A DNA stretch of 64,000 bases from Hydrolagus colliei (Eukaryota): contig CM068749.1 in assembly GCA_035084275.1 (NCBI GenBank), forward strand, positions 20,584,001 to 20,648,000. The letters are read 5' to 3'. Every line of letters begins with the position of its first letter. Positions within the stretch are counted from its first letter, which is position 1. The notes beneath the pieces are model-generated. The model was not told where the DNA came from. It ran no database searches and saw only the letters and a list, made by a program, of their open reading frames with translations. Shown here piece by piece: positions 49,956 to 62,815 of the stretch. Made by a program: the position numbers and the translations under genes.

Positions 49956-51615
49956 GTAAGGAGACTGGCAAGTAACAGACAAATTGGTAGTGAAAAGCTG
50001 ACACTATTTTAGTGATCAACTCTGTGCTTTAGGATACAGTGGCTTTTAAGCAAACTTTTCCATAGGCTTTATTCTTGTTTAAGTGTATTGCTCTACATCT
50101 GTATATTTCACTGTTGTTTTGCCCTTGACATGCTACTAGAATTTAGAATTGTTATGACACATACATACATTCATCTGTTCTTCAATAATGTTTATTTTCA
50201 TTTTTTTAATTAAATAGATAGGCATCACAATCTGCCACAGCCTAATAGCATCTTAAGGGTAGAAGAGTGGTATGTTTTTTTTTGGTCACCCAGATATCTG
50301 ACAAGAGAGAAAACCCAACAACATGCTTAAGAGCTTCAAATGAGGCAGAGTTCCACATATGCCACATAGACGTGGAAACTCCCAGGTCCATAATAGAATT
50401 AACAGTCTATCCCAGGAGAGATTTCCCCACCTTACCTAATTCCCCACAGGTTGGTGAGTGCAGAGACTTGAGATCCCCAGAGTGTGTATTCAATTCTGCT
50501 GGAGTTTACCCAGCAAAAACTACATAACTGACCATTGGGGCCACTGTCTGGCAAGCTATGGGCAGCTTGTCCAGCTAAACCTACCCTATCTATTAGGGCT
50601 TTGAGCTGCAGTTTAAGAGGAGCTAAGTGGGAAGAATCCCAGTGACCAGAGTCCCCGTCTGCCACTCCTAAATCCTGCTGGTGAGCCAGTTTGAATGGTC
50701 TTTCATCATCAGTGATAGACCATCAATAGCCTACCAATATTGTTATAGATTGACTTGATTGTGATACAGTATTTTGTTACCCTGTATGACCAGCTTGCCT
50801 GCTCCAAGCAGACTCCACACCTCCTCTTCACCCTAAAACTGGGAAAGTGTCCCAGTGCACAATGGGTTGTTTCCCACATTGGCTATTAAAAATTTTGAGT
50901 GCTAGATTTTTTTTAAACTAAAGTGAGAAAGGAGAGTTGATGCACACACAAGATGAATTTTCCAGATATACTAAGACGTATATCCATACATATCTACAGA
51001 ATCCACAGTAGGTATGAATGGTCCTCATATAAATTCATTGAATAACATCCTGATTAATTGGTCAGTAATCTCATTACTGCTTGTACAAATTATACTTCAA
51101 AATATCTCATCCTATGATGCACGATGAGATTTTTCAATGAGAAAGCGCATCAAATCAAATGTACTACAAATGGAGTGGGGGAAATTATGCAGCTTAATAT
51201 TTATGTCACTTGGACCACTGCACCACTAAAACACTCTAGCTTTGAGCTGTAAGATCATGATCATAATGCTCTTTAAAAGCAGGTAAACTGTTTTCTGTGA
51301 TAAATATCATGGATGCTTCAGAATAAGCTACTCACGTGCCATTTAAAAAAATATTGTCTTCATTTCATCACACTGTATTTTGAAATGTGAAATCATGCCC
51401 AAAATGCAGCACAGAAATCCTAACATTTTGGCATTTGCCATCATTCGGATGCCTACTCTGGTTATGCAACAAAACCCTCAGCATTTACTTATTTACAATA
51501 ACAGCACCACTGATAGTCTTCAATCCCATCCCAGAATGGTCACCATGATTATGATACCACTGTTGATCTGATTTGATTCAGACGTCATCCCCAGCCACCA
51601 AGCCTAACTGGAATA

Positions 51616-51680
51616 TAACAACAAGAACAACAACAAAATTACATTTGTTTCACGTCAGGAGGATGTCCCAAAGTGCTGGA
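51616..51680 (-). mobile_element. L2-like LINE 3' tail
   Basis: aacaacaagaacaacaacaaaattacatttgtttcacgtcaggaggatgtcccaaagtgctgga. Confidence 0.7.
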
Positions 51681-52686
51681 CAGTTACTGCCATGTAATAT
51701 AGGAGCAAGAAATCCCCAAAATGTTACATGAAACAATGGTATAACCTAAAAAGTGTGTTACTTCCAGTCTAGGGCTTAGCAATAATTATAAGAATAAACA
51801 GTAAACTACTGTAAACACAAACAGAGATGGATTATAAATCAGAAGAGGTCATATTATTTTTTTAAAAACTGACTGCTGTATAATGTGCAGTTCTTGTCAT
51901 CCATAAGAAAAACAGTATATCTGTATTTCTATTTAATAAATACATAAATGAAACTCATTCCAATTACCAGCACATTTTAGTAAAAAATTGTTTGTTATGT
52001 ATCTATGGCTGTGTGTGTGTGTTTTGAGGTGATTGAGTTTGATTTTGTAAGATTATGCAGGGGATTGACAAAGTTGTTCCAAGCAATAAATCACCCTGTT
52101 GTAGAGCCAAAAAAAAACAAGAGAAACAATTAAAACATGAGGAGGTTAAGAGTAAGAAGATTAGTCAGTTGAACTGTTTTTGCATAAAAGTTAACTGGTA
52201 TTGGGAATAAATTTCAGGAATGTCATTCAAGTGAAATATATATATGTGCGCGTGTATGTATGTTCAAGACACAATTAGATGTTTCTGGAGAGAACAGATT
52301 GAGGGACATGATGAAAAACAGAGATTTTAGATCATTCCAAATAAAATGTGCTTGTTGGGTCTTATGGCCACTTCCTATTTCTAACAATGTTTGCAATTGC
52401 TCTCCTTGAGTACCATTCAAAGTAATCTAAAGCGATGGTATTTTGTGTTCATTTCTTGGTTAGTACTATAATTGACTTGAGATTGGCAGCGTGTGTAAAG
52501 AAATAATTCTCTATAAGGATTGGGTATTTTTATATTTTTTCAATTCACTGAAATGTTATGAGTTGCTTTGATGTTGTAAAAGTTTTGTTAAATTAACTTT
52601 GGTTAAATATAGGAGCTCAATTTAATCCTCCAAACTGGTCTGTTCATGTACAACACAGGTAATGAATCCTCTTACCTTTTCTTTAG

Positions 52687-52784
52687 TGTTTGCTAAGAAT
52701 TTCCGAGTAAAAGCAGTAATGAAGACATCAGTTTTGCTGAGCTGGGAAGTACCAGAAACTTATAAACCAGGAGTGCCTTTTAAG
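52687..52784 (+). CDS. PTPRF: PTPRF exon, FNIII-8 first part ([33 protein letters not shown])
   Basis: ttctttag|TGTTT ... TAAG|gtagga; 98 nt, phase 1-0. Confidence 0.95.
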
Positions 52785-54711
52785 GTAGGATTAATATACC
52801 TCAACAGTTTGAAGTAAACCTTTTAACCTTGCAGTGCTGAAATATGTTTCTCTCCTCCGTCCTGCAGCACTTGATTTTCTAAGAAGATAGCCATTTCTCG
52901 GGTCTCTGTCATTGCTTCTGTGTAAATATTTGCTGGGAAGCAGTGACCTGGGTGACTCTTTCCATTCATAATTTAGACTGAACGGCAGGGACAGATTAGA
53001 AGATATTCAGATATATTTTACTTTTTGTAAGATTGTCTAAAGGACTGTAATCTATTGCTTTTTAGTGTGAAACAAAAATAGGTCATCCTCAATATAGTAC
53101 AAATATATAGTATAAAAATAAAATAGAAATGTAAAACACAAATGAGCAATTATTCCTCTTGTGTTTTGAAAAATATATTACACATGTGTAAAACATTTTT
53201 CATATGGTTTGATCCAACGACAATGTTGGCTTGGTAATTTCCGCTGGGTATTTTACCTTGTATTTTTCACTATGAATTACAAATTTTCCCTTCATCTCTG
53301 TTTGAGAAATATACTTGGGCATTGGGCCAAAACAGAAATTTCCTTGCCAACAATCTCTGACTTTTTCTGCTGCATTCTAAATTGTTAATTGGTGTTAATT
53401 GGCAACTAAATTACAGTACACAGAGAAAAAAATCTCACTTTCATGGCTCAGGATTCAATTACTATAAAGTAGAGTTCTTGTGTATTTGTGTCTAACCATA
53501 AGTGTGTAAAAATGCTTAGCATTAGAATCAAATCAATCTTTTGGGTGATTTCAGTAAGCGAGCCAAGCAAGTTCACTGTATTTGGAGGCATGGTTGATGA
53601 TGATGACAGACCAGCGAGCCTGACTCATCAACCCCACTTGGTGCTAGTCATTGTGAGCAGACATTTTCCAACTTGGTTCCTGTTAATCTTACACAGCAAA
53701 GCTTTAATAGGTCAGGTAATCCTAACGTAGACAAGGTGCAGAAAGCTTGCCAAGCGGTGTTTGCAATGGCAAATTGCACAATGTGAGCTGGGGTCATCTG
53801 CAGGAGGACTTCAATGTACACCCTAAGCCTTGGCTCTTAGCCAACATACACTTAATTTAAAAGCAGCAGATATGGCGAACATTGACAATGCCTCCAGCTT
53901 TTCGCTGCACAGCTGTGGGTGCAATATATATTGTTCAGCAGAACAAAGCAAATGGCTTGACTTCCTTTGACATTTTGTTTGAAGGGTCAGTATCACACTT
54001 ATGAAATGTGTTGGCAATTCCCATTTGTATTTGGAGGTTGAGCAACTTTCAAAGATATACATACCTACAGTTGGTAAACTAACATTTATTCTGGATGTGT
54101 TACTCTGAATTTATCTAGTCAGTTTTCCTTCTTTTGAATGTATTACACAATATAATCCATGGACAGAACTTTGAGCCCAATAATAAACTGCAATGTAACC
54201 TATCTGCTATTTAGCATTTAAACAAAAGCTACTATTCATTCAGAAAAAAACCAGATGTTTGTACTTAATACTGTATTAATTTTCAGACATTTTTCCAAAC
54301 ATGTGTAATAGGGATTGCATATTGTACCATTGCTAATGCATTCTGTTCCCCTTCCTCCTCATTTCACAAGCAATGTGTTTTGTGAGTTATTTGGTGTATA
54401 TTTTGGAATAGGGCGTTTACAGGTACAGAACTTCTAAGAGATTGCCACTATAATTTAGCAACTCAAAATACTACACTATTGACCTGGAAACTCCTGCTCC
54501 CATTGTGTTATTAATACAAGTACAGGTCGCGCAACTATAATCTACAGTTGTCTGATTGACACTGTTGACAGGGTTGCTGGTCTATGATCTACATTGCTTT
54601 GTTTTACAACATTTATCATCTAGACGCCCTGCACTGATGGAAACGAATGAAGAGAAGATGAGCTTTTGGGCCTGATCCGTTGCTAGTCACTTTTCTGTTT
54701 TCCTTCCTCAG

Positions 54712-54965
54712 ATCCTCTATAATGGCCAAAGTGTAGAGGTAGATGGACAATCAATGCGTAAACTTATTACGAAACTTCAGCCTGATACTGAATACTCCTT
54801 TGTATTAACAAACCGTGGGAACAGTGCTGGTGGCCTGCAGCAGGTGGTGTCAATCCGTACAGCTCCAAACTTACTGCAAACAAAACCAGTCATCTACAGC
54901 AAGGACATCCAGGATGGCAAGTTGCCAATCAACCTGCCCAAGGTTCAGATGACAGTTGCTGTTAA
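54712..54965 (+). CDS. PTPRF: PTPRF exon, FNIII-8 second part and linker (ILYNGQSVEVDGQSMRKLI...QMTVAV)
   Basis: ttcctcag|ATCCTC ... GTTAA|gtaagt; 254 nt, phase 0-2. Confidence 0.95.
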
Positions 54966-55984
54966 GTAAGTTTTGAGTTTATTTGTGAATTAACTCATGG
55001 AGTCTATGAAACTTAGATAAATACAATATCTAGGAGATGGCTCCACAGAGTCCCAAAGACCTGAAAAGATTCAAACTTTAATGAGAAATCCTAATCACAA
55101 AATGGATTATGAAATTTTAGCCATGGTTCTGAGGTAACTGAACCTCATAAATGTTATTGTTTTCCTAGAACTAGATTTTGTATCATACTACGTATACAGA
55201 AGGATTAGGAGTGTCTGTTAAATAGACCTAAAAGTATCTTGACAATTTGCCTTCAAAGAATGTATAAAATTCTGTAACTTTTCAAAAATTGCACAATAAT
55301 ACAGAACTTCCTTGGAGGTAAACAACTGTTCCCAACACTATTACTATTTATTCCAAGTGACTTCTAGATGAGATTGATCACCCCTCATGTTTTAAATTAA
55401 TTTATTCTTCCCTCTGTAAGAATTCATTGAGATGGAATTGGAAACATGCTGTTGCAGTACTCATTTTGGCCACAAGAGGCTGTCATCAGGCTAAATAGAA
55501 ATGCCGCTTAGGCAAAAAATTCTGACACTGTGACAAATAATTTTACTGTTACTTGACTTTTTGCGGGAGATACAAGGTTGTGGCATTATGATGGTTTATG
55601 CAAACTAATATGCAAGCGTCCATTCTATATTCAGCTATCATAACATGTGGTAGTTTTTATTGGGAGTTACCGTATATCTCCGCGTATAAGGCGCACTTTT
55701 TTTCACGTCGGAAGATCTCGAAAGTAGGGGGTGCGCCCTATACGCAGGTACAAGCAATTTTGAGCCTCGGAGATACAGTAAACAGGAGGGGCGGCCGGCG
55801 CGCTGTCAGCCGGGGTTTGGTCAGTGTCCGGCGGGGGTTGGGAGGAGCGGGTGACGGGGCTTCGGCCTCGGCTGCCCGGGCAGCGGCAGCAGCAGCAGCG
55901 GACTTCAGTGCTGTGCTTACCTTCTGCCGAACCCAGTCTGCCTGCCTCACTCCCTGCCTCTCTCCCTCCCTCCCTCCCTGCCTG

Positions 55985-56363
55985 CGTGCCGGCCTGCCTC
56001 TCTCCCTCTCTCTCTCCCGGGCTGCCGGCCTGCCTCTCTCCCTCTCTCTCTCCCAGGCTGCCGGCCTGCCTCTCTCCCTCTCTCTCTCCCGGGCTGCCTG
56101 CCTGCCGCTCTCCCTCTCTCTCTCCCCCGGGNNNNNNNNNNNNNNNNNNNNNNNNNNNNNNNNNNNNNNNNNNNNNNNNNNNNNNNNNNNNNNNNNNNNN
56201 NNNNNNNNNNNNNNNNNNNNNNNNNNNNNNNNNNNNNNNNNNNNNNNNNNNNNNNNNNNNNNNNNNNNNNNNNNNNNNNNNNNNNNNNNNNNNNNNNNNN
56301 NNNNNNNNNNNNNNNNNNNNNNNNNNNNNNNNNNNNNNNNNNNNNNNNNNNNNNNCGGCTTGC

Positions 56364-56396
<33 letters not shown>

Positions 56397-56445
56397 CCGG
56401 GCTGCCGCCTGCCTCTCTCCCTCTCCCTCCCTGGCTGCCTGCCTC
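55985..56445. repeat. 36-bp minisatellite gccggcctgcctctctccctctctctctcccgggct, spanning the assembly gap
   Basis: Units start at 55988, 56024 and 56060, and resume after the N run. Confidence 0.88.
56132..56355. other. Assembly gap (224 N)
   Basis: Run of n inside the minisatellite. Confidence 0.99.
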
Positions 56446-57029
56446 TCTTTCTCCCTACCTACCTTTCTCTCGTCCCTTCTGCCGGCAATATCATTGAAAA
56501 TGCTTCCGGTTTTTTTCACCAAGAAAAGGTCAAAAACGGGGGGTGCGCCTTATACGCGGAGATATACGGTATTTAAAATATTCTAGATTATGATCTGTCA
56601 CTAACTTTCAAATGATTGGAGCACTGGGGTTTTCAACTTCATGAAATGTTCAGTGGATCTCTGCTTGAGACCAATGCCTTTAGTTTGTCATCTATCTTCC
56701 TATTTAATTTAGCCCGTGTTCAGAATTCTTGGGAATAACCATTAAGAGACCTTCACTGCAGGATGTTGCAGCCAGTAATCTAGGTGTCCGATGGAGAGTT
56801 TATCCAGTCATTGAAGAACAGAGTTCCTAATGGTTCACTGAACTTGATATTCTACTAATTCAGATTTATCCTTTTTTTTTTAAAGTTCTGATCATTGCTG
56901 TAGCTTCCAAGCTCTGATTATTTAGCAGAGATCAGCTTTGGGCTGCCCTTTCATGAATAAGGCAATTCTGCACATTGGTTTATGAAATGTACTTTATCTG
57001 CAGTTTGTACCATATCTGTTATTTCCTAG

Positions 57030-57120
57030 GTGGTATTATATTGTAGTGGTGCCACTCGATAAGACTACACGCACCGTTACACAAAAATGGCAGACCCCCG
57101 AAGAGATCGATGTTGATGAG
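57030..57120 (+). CDS. PTPRF: PTPRF exon, membrane-proximal region (KWYYIVVVPLDKTTRTVTQKWQTPEEIDVDE)
   Basis: ttcctag|GTGGT ... TGAG|gtaagg; 91 nt, phase 2-0. Confidence 0.94.
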
Positions 57121-57651
57121 GTAAGGCTTTGTTTTCAGTAAATTCTCTTCAGGAGTCGTTTCGCTTGTCTCCTGGAGTAAATATTTGACCACTCATTGAC
57201 CAAGTAAAGTGTGGTTCTTTAGCTCTTCTGGAATGGCCTATCAGACTGCTGTGTGGAGAAGCTTGCCTGATTCTGTCAAGAACACAGTTTGAACTTGGTA
57301 CAATGTGAATTTGAGTTTTATCATAACGACAACTTATGCAACATCTCAACTGATGCTGCATTGTCATTTCATCTTTAATAGCACACAGCGTGCAAGAACG
57401 ATTTTTCCATCCAATTTTCATCTTTGGAAAAGCATTTGGCCACTCATTGGCCAGATACATAGGCTCTGCTTTTTTGCTTTACTTTGTCTATTAATTACCA
57501 GTATTTTTGTGATTTGTTCAATTGTTTTTTGGTTGTGATGGACAGAATTGTGCACCATTTGTATTATGGGATGAGTGAACTTGCAATGTATCATGCTAAG
57601 CAGAAGAGTGTTGACAAGTTTTTTTCATTGCTTTTGTGAACGGGCGTGTAG

Positions 57652-57861
57652 CTGTTTGAAGGAATAAGTCAACTATCACGCAAACGGCATCGGCGTCAGT
57701 CTGAGAGACTAAAACCATACATTGCTGCCCAGCTGGAAAAGCTGCCAGATACATTTATTCTTGGAGATGATCAGTACTATGGAGTATTTCTGAACAGACC
57801 TCTGTCTTCCAGCAACAGCTACCTGTGCTTTGTTTTGGCAGCTCTGGAAGAAAAAGATGCG
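57652..57861 (+). CDS. PTPRF: PTPRF exon with basic proprotein-convertase site RKRHRR (LFEGISQLSRKRHRRQSERLKPYIAAQL...EEKDA)
   Basis: gcgtgtag|CTGTTT ... TGCG|gtgagt; 210 nt, phase 0-0; R-x-R-R motif at the position of the LAR E/P subunit cleavage site. Confidence 0.93.
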
Positions 57862-59340
57862 GTGAGTATATCTGTGGTATTTTGCCATTTATTTTCAATC
57901 CTTTAATGTTTAGTTTGGATAGAATTTCAGGTTATTTTCTGAAATATCTTCAAAAGCAAATTAATAATTCTCTATTCTAAATTGGATCTCCCTAAATTAA
58001 AGTTTAATGTAACTCAAGCCTTAAGACAACCCTGTGCTTTGATTCCAAGGCTTTAAACCACTCCTTACAACAGGAAAAAATACAACTTCAAAATTTCTGG
58101 ATTATAAAATTCATCTACTATGTTTACCTTCCAATATCATTCATCTAAATATTATTTTCCATTGTTTCCTCGTACAGATACCTGTTTGTGTGATGTAAAT
58201 ACTACAGTTGGATTCAATGAGGATATCTTTGCAAACCTTTTCAAGGCTTGGTCTCTTGAATTAAATATTTTCAGATATAGCACATGATGGTCAATGTCCT
58301 GGATCCAAAATATTTCCATATACATTTTAGTAAATGACTGTTAAAAAGCTGAATTTCCATCTATGCAGTCTTCGCCTTTCATCCAGTGAGAGGCTGCTAG
58401 TATTTTGATTTATACAATCGTTTGTAAGCAGCTCCATTTGCTGCGGTTGCAAATGGAAACGTTACCTAATCGGAACGCTCAGATTTTTATTCAGACATCA
58501 AGCTGCTCATTTTCTGTTAAGCTTCTAAACCAGCTCAGACATTGCTCCAAATTTATTTGATTGTAATGGCTCATTAGGATTGGTCAAACTTTTCATTACT
58601 CAATCAGCTCAGACCGCTTTCAATGGAGGTTCACATAGCACCTGGAAAAAATTAGACACTAAATTCACTTGATAACAAGAAAAAAAACACTCCCTTCTGA
58701 ATTACATCCTGTTGTTATATTTCAGGGGGGGACTACCCAGCACAGGCAATTAGTTCTTTCGTGTCACTTAATGGCAAAGAAAGTGGCTTTATCAGACTCT
58801 TGAGGTTTATAAATAATGAATACGTGAAATCAAATGATGGGTTTTAAGTTTATAAATGCTGCAGTAATTTGGCAATGTGAGGACTTGCTGTTGATTGCTG
58901 TGTGAGTGGTTCAATTCTAAGTTAATTCTTTAAAGAGGTTTCATAAAATATGACTGTATAGCTCGACTGCCCTAAGTAACTGCTCAAGTTTGACTCCCAA
59001 TTATACAAGACAGAGCAGAGTCCAACACATCTTTCCGACCATCCCAGAGCTGCTGAAGAAGGGTGTGAACCTGCCATGCAGCCATTAAGTATCTGGAAAT
59101 ATGCATTTGTACACTGATGATGTTAGACTGCACAGTACTTTGCAAATGTGCTGAGCACTGTTAGTGGAGCAGGTTGATGTGGGAGGCTGTTACTTCAAGA
59201 CACCTACACAAAGCCAGCAATTCTTCACCAGGATGTTGCTATCGTCTAATAGCTTTTTCATTTGGGAATTTTCTGGGGATACTATTCAGGGTCCCCATCA
59301 CTTGAGCTGAGTTACAGGTATTTCGCATTTGAGCTCCATC

Positions 59341-59457
59341 AAATAATAATAAATAATGATCCTTGTATTTGATATAATGCTTTTCACATCTCAGTGCACT
59401 TCACAGAATTTACTGTAAAGTGAATTGACTGTATATTTGTGGGCGAAATGTCAGCTG
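59341..59457 (-). mobile_element. tRNA-derived SINE 3' fragment
   Basis: aataatgatccttgtatttgatataatgcttttcac...cttcacagaatttactgtaaagtgaattgactgtatatttgtgggcgaaa. Confidence 0.85.
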
Positions 59458-60251
59458 TTCCCTCAAGAAATTTTTAAGGAATTTTAGTGAGGCCACGGTA
59501 TAGATTCTCGTCAGCCCAACTCTCCTAGAGCACGGCAACACTGAGCACCCCAAGTGATACTCCCAACTTCTCTCCTCACTGTCCTTTGCTGACATCCAGT
59601 GTTCGCACGGAGTGAGAAACTACTTTTTTGTATACAGTGCTGGAGGAGTACTGTATTGGAATTTAGCCCACTCTTCACCTAACATTCAACCTTTCTGGTC
59701 TGAATCGTACAGCCCACTAAGTTTCTGGATTTTATTTCTAACCTGTGGAATTGGTAAATTTCAGATGGTGCAGTATAGAGGAACGAATTGATTTAGCGTC
59801 TTTGCCTTGGGAGAGAGAACACCAAGGTTATTATTCCTGCTCATTACCAACTGGGGCCCTACAGGAGAGTGGCTGAGAATAGAACTAGGTTTGGCTCTGA
59901 ATCCCCACAGTGATAAAGCCTGCTTTCACACAGTGCAGATACTCACACAGATGAGGCACAGAAGGGCTGGCAGCGCCTGTGAACCCATATCCCAGCAGGG
60001 ATCAATGCTTTCAAAAGAATTGAGACAAAAGAGAAGAAAGAAAATGATAAAAATAGACACAAACTGCATTTATTCTGTGTGCTAAGCAAATTGTTATTTT
60101 CCTACAAAGAGATGAGAAGCTCTTTTTCATCTTGTTTGATCACAGAGTCCGAGTTTATCATAATTGGACATATTATTACGCAATGACTGGAATCAGAAGA
60201 TTTGATGCAGGAGATTATTGTAATGTTTTCCTTTATGTGTTCTCTATTCAG

Positions 60252-60409
60252 CAGATGTACGCTGCCAGTCCATACTCTGATCCTATCAAGGTAGAGAGGA
60301 CCTCTCCATCAAAGGCGCAGGATAACCCTGATATGCTATGGGTCATGGGGCCAGTGCTTGCTGTTGTTTTAATCATTATTATTGTCATCGCCATTCTCCT
60401 GTTCAAAAG
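60252..60409 (+). CDS. PTPRF: PTPRF transmembrane exon (QMYAASPYSDPI...MLWVMGPVLAVVLIIIIVIAILLFK)
   Basis: ctattcag|CAGATG (tandem CAGCAG acceptor) ... AAAAG|gtaaga; 158 nt, phase 0-2; hydrophobic helix. Confidence 0.95.
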
Positions 60410-60580
60410 GTAAGAAAACTGTTTATCAGAAAATATATATTTTTAAAGTCTTACCCTTGTTACTGCCCTTGGGGTGCTTGCTATCTTTCCGAGGGAAATT
60501 CTAGAGCTCTTGATTTTAATCTATATCATTCTTATTTGACCTATGAAAGCACATTCTCTGACAGATATGTACTGTTTGAG

Positions 60581-60604
60581 TGTGTGTGTGTGTGTGTGTG
60601 TGTG
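60581..60604. repeat. (TG)12 microsatellite
   Basis: Seen directly, about 170 nt downstream of the TM exon. Confidence 0.95.
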
Positions 60605-61557
60605 TTTTAACCTGAAATTCAATCAAACTATCAGCTTGCATCAAATTAAGGAGATTAAAACTTTTTAAAAATTATTTCCACAGGCAATGTTCAGTGTTGT
60701 AAGGTAAAACAAAATCTCAATTCCACCTTGTTTGACGCAACCAAAGTTTCAACATCTAGAGTGGTCAGTGCATTGCTGTTCCAAGGGAAGAGATAAAATA
60801 ACTTTCTTGGGCAAGGACCAAGTACACACTGTTAGTCAGTGACCACATGAGGCATGGAAGGACAAGGTTTCTTGCAGGTGTTAAAGAAAGACTTCATGTG
60901 TGTTGATTTATCTCAATATTTCAGTGCTACAGTAGGTGAACTAGAGAGGGGATAAATAATGCATACCTCATTTAAAGTGGAAATGCTAAGTAATAAATCA
61001 TTTCCAATATTTTTTCTACATGCTTGCTTATGGATACAGTAAACAGGAAAGGTAAGAGTCACACTGATAATACGACAACACTGTAATGTTGTCTTAAAAC
61101 TTATTTGGAATAAATGCCCTTCAGTTCACAGCACATTTCTTCCCATAATTCTTAAAATATTTCTCATGCTGTGCACTAAAGCTATTATAATAGCAATCCC
61201 ATGTCGATCCATCAGAGTTTTGGATGTGGGCCAGCATAACTTGATGAGGTTTGAAAATTGGTCAAGGAATATTAAATTTAGGGGACCGGAGGAGGTGCGG
61301 AAAATTCTAGGGGCTGGTGATTTGGAGGAAACTGGTTTGATGAACCTTCTTGTGTTTTTTATATTGCATTGGGCTTGGGGATTATCCATCTCTACAAATG
61401 CAAGGATTACTATTATTTCAAGGGTTTCAGAGCACAGTAAGTAACAAATCAATTTACCTGAAAAAAAAACTGCCTGTTAACCACTGGAATACTGAAACTC
61501 AATAGTGGCTTTTAGAATCTATCTTTATGTGAAATGGTGTACATTTCATTGGTGCAG

Positions 61558-61670
61558 GAAAAGAGGGAGCTCTCCATCTGCTAAAGATGATGTTCCTGGT
61601 GGAAAAGACCCATTGCTGGCACACTCTTCAGATCCAGTAGAATTGAGGCGACTGAATTACCAGACTCCAG
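61558..61670 (+). CDS. PTPRF: PTPRF cytoplasmic juxtamembrane exon (RKRGSSPSAKDDVPGGKDPLLAHSSDPVELRRLNYQTP)
   Basis: ggtgcag|GAAAAG ... CCAG|gtaagc; 113 nt, phase 2-1. Confidence 0.95.
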
Positions 61671-62618
61671 GTAAGCAGTCTGAGTTCTGAAACTCAGAAA
61701 TCACTATTACATTTTACAGATAGGTATTCTTTTGTTTACAGAACCCCTTTTTTGCCCCCGATTGCTTCTTGCCGCATGGCAATAGTACAATATTATACCT
61801 ATCTGAATATAGTGTGTGCTATTTTAAAATCACATTCAAGTTTAAATGTTATTGATATGCTTTTAAATGTATCTTATGTAATTTAATTCTCATGAACTAT
61901 CATAGGACATTTTATTTTATTCACTTGTAAAACTTCTTTAAGCCAGAATACTTCTTCCTGTTGATAAATAGGCGTACAATAAGCAACCCTGTCTCATCTT
62001 CAGAGAAAAACAATTCTAAATGTTATCAAATGGTTACCTTGTTTAATTACCTTCCATAAATCATTGAAGGTTCTGTGACTTAGTGATGGTCCTCGGGTGC
62101 AGTACACACTTTCCTTCAGCACAGGCAGCTTCTAATTCAGTTACATAAAAACTACCACACAGCGCTCTTGCAGTGGGTTCATTCACATAAGTGTTGGCAG
62201 AAGGATAGGATGGCTGTAAGTTGATGGTAGGAGTCAAGAGAATCTATCTTGTGGTCCAAATTAAGAGATAATAATGTGGGGTGAATGGCCTTTTGTTATT
62301 CCTTATTCACTTATGTGGGATGAAACAATTTAGTAGTTTTATCTTGAGTCAGTCCTAATGATACGATCAGAAATCAGGGAACAAAAATTCAACCTTCCTC
62401 TTACTAGATGGTAAAGGGAAATATGTAGATTATGGCATTTTCTTCTGAAATGATCATTTTTGGGGAAATATGCTCTAAATTATATTGATTGTTAACAGCG
62501 TAATTTAAAAACAATTTCTTAACAGATAAGATTTTTTTTTAATGTAAATTACAACATATAACTAATCTATAAATGTGTAAGTGCGTTGACCCTGAAGTTT
62601 TGTGTTTCTATATTAAGT

Positions 62619-62815
62619 ACAACAACTTGCATTTATATGGCGCCTTCCACACCAGGCGGCGTCTCAGAGCGCTTGACAGTAGTGGAGTCCAAGGTCGAGC
62701 CAGCGGGAGGGGGAAGCCGACTGTAATTGCAGTCAAAGAGAAAAGTCTTCAGGTGTGACTTGAAGAGGGGAAAGGAGGGGGCGAAATGAAGGGGTTGAGG
62801 AAGGGATCGGGGGTA
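62619..62815 (-). mobile_element. L2 LINE 3' end fragment
   Basis: Tail acaacaacttgcatttatatggcgcc; minus strand reads SLPQPLHFAPSFPLFKSHLKTFLFDCNY (L2 ORF2 C-terminus). Confidence 0.82.

Larger units (their letters stand above)
55670..56569. mobile_element. Non-autonomous Tc1-mariner element (Tc2/MER104-like CCGTA termini) with internal 36-bp minisatellite
   Basis: Perfect 27-bp TIR CCGTATATCTCCGCGTATAAGGCGCAC; TA TSD at 55668-55669 and 56570-56571; extra inverted sub-TIR copy at about 55727-55749. Confidence 0.92.
3651..61670 (+). other. PTPRF: Partial gene span: receptor-type tyrosine-protein phosphatase F (LAR), Ig2 to cytoplasmic juxtamembrane; 20 coding exons
   Basis: All exons have AG/GT borders and matching phases. 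The spliced peptide matches LAR-family RPTPs as I recall them. Peptides that favour PTPRF over PTPRD/PTPRS: meB DQRE, VPGRPTM, LHKGTTY, SRTMPVDQ, ILYNGQSVEVDG, MLWVMGPVLAV...ILLFKRKR, LLAHSSDPVELRRLNYQTPG. Confidence 0.93.

Noticed and set aside
55598-56576. 299-, 250- and 191-aa ORFs
   Set aside because: They run through the MITE, a 36-bp tandem repeat and an N gap; no recognisable protein.
58178-58189. Possible 12-nt juxtamembrane microexon (LASE-b/meD position): tacag|ATACCTGTTTGT|gtgatg
   Set aside because: The donor is poor, and the peptide IPVC has no support from what I know of the family.
59810-60040. GC-richer intronic segment resembling an old interspersed repeat (similar impression at 50230-50720, 61190-61390 and 62080-62310)
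   Set aside because: No termini, TSD or clear reading frame; the family cannot be assigned from sequence alone.
190-62815. Recurring ~60-bp motif as a possible CRISPR-like array or conserved regulatory element
   Set aside because: Copies are dispersed, diverged, end in (CAA)n and in places continue into L2 ORF2 remnants; they are retroposon 3' ends in a vertebrate genome.
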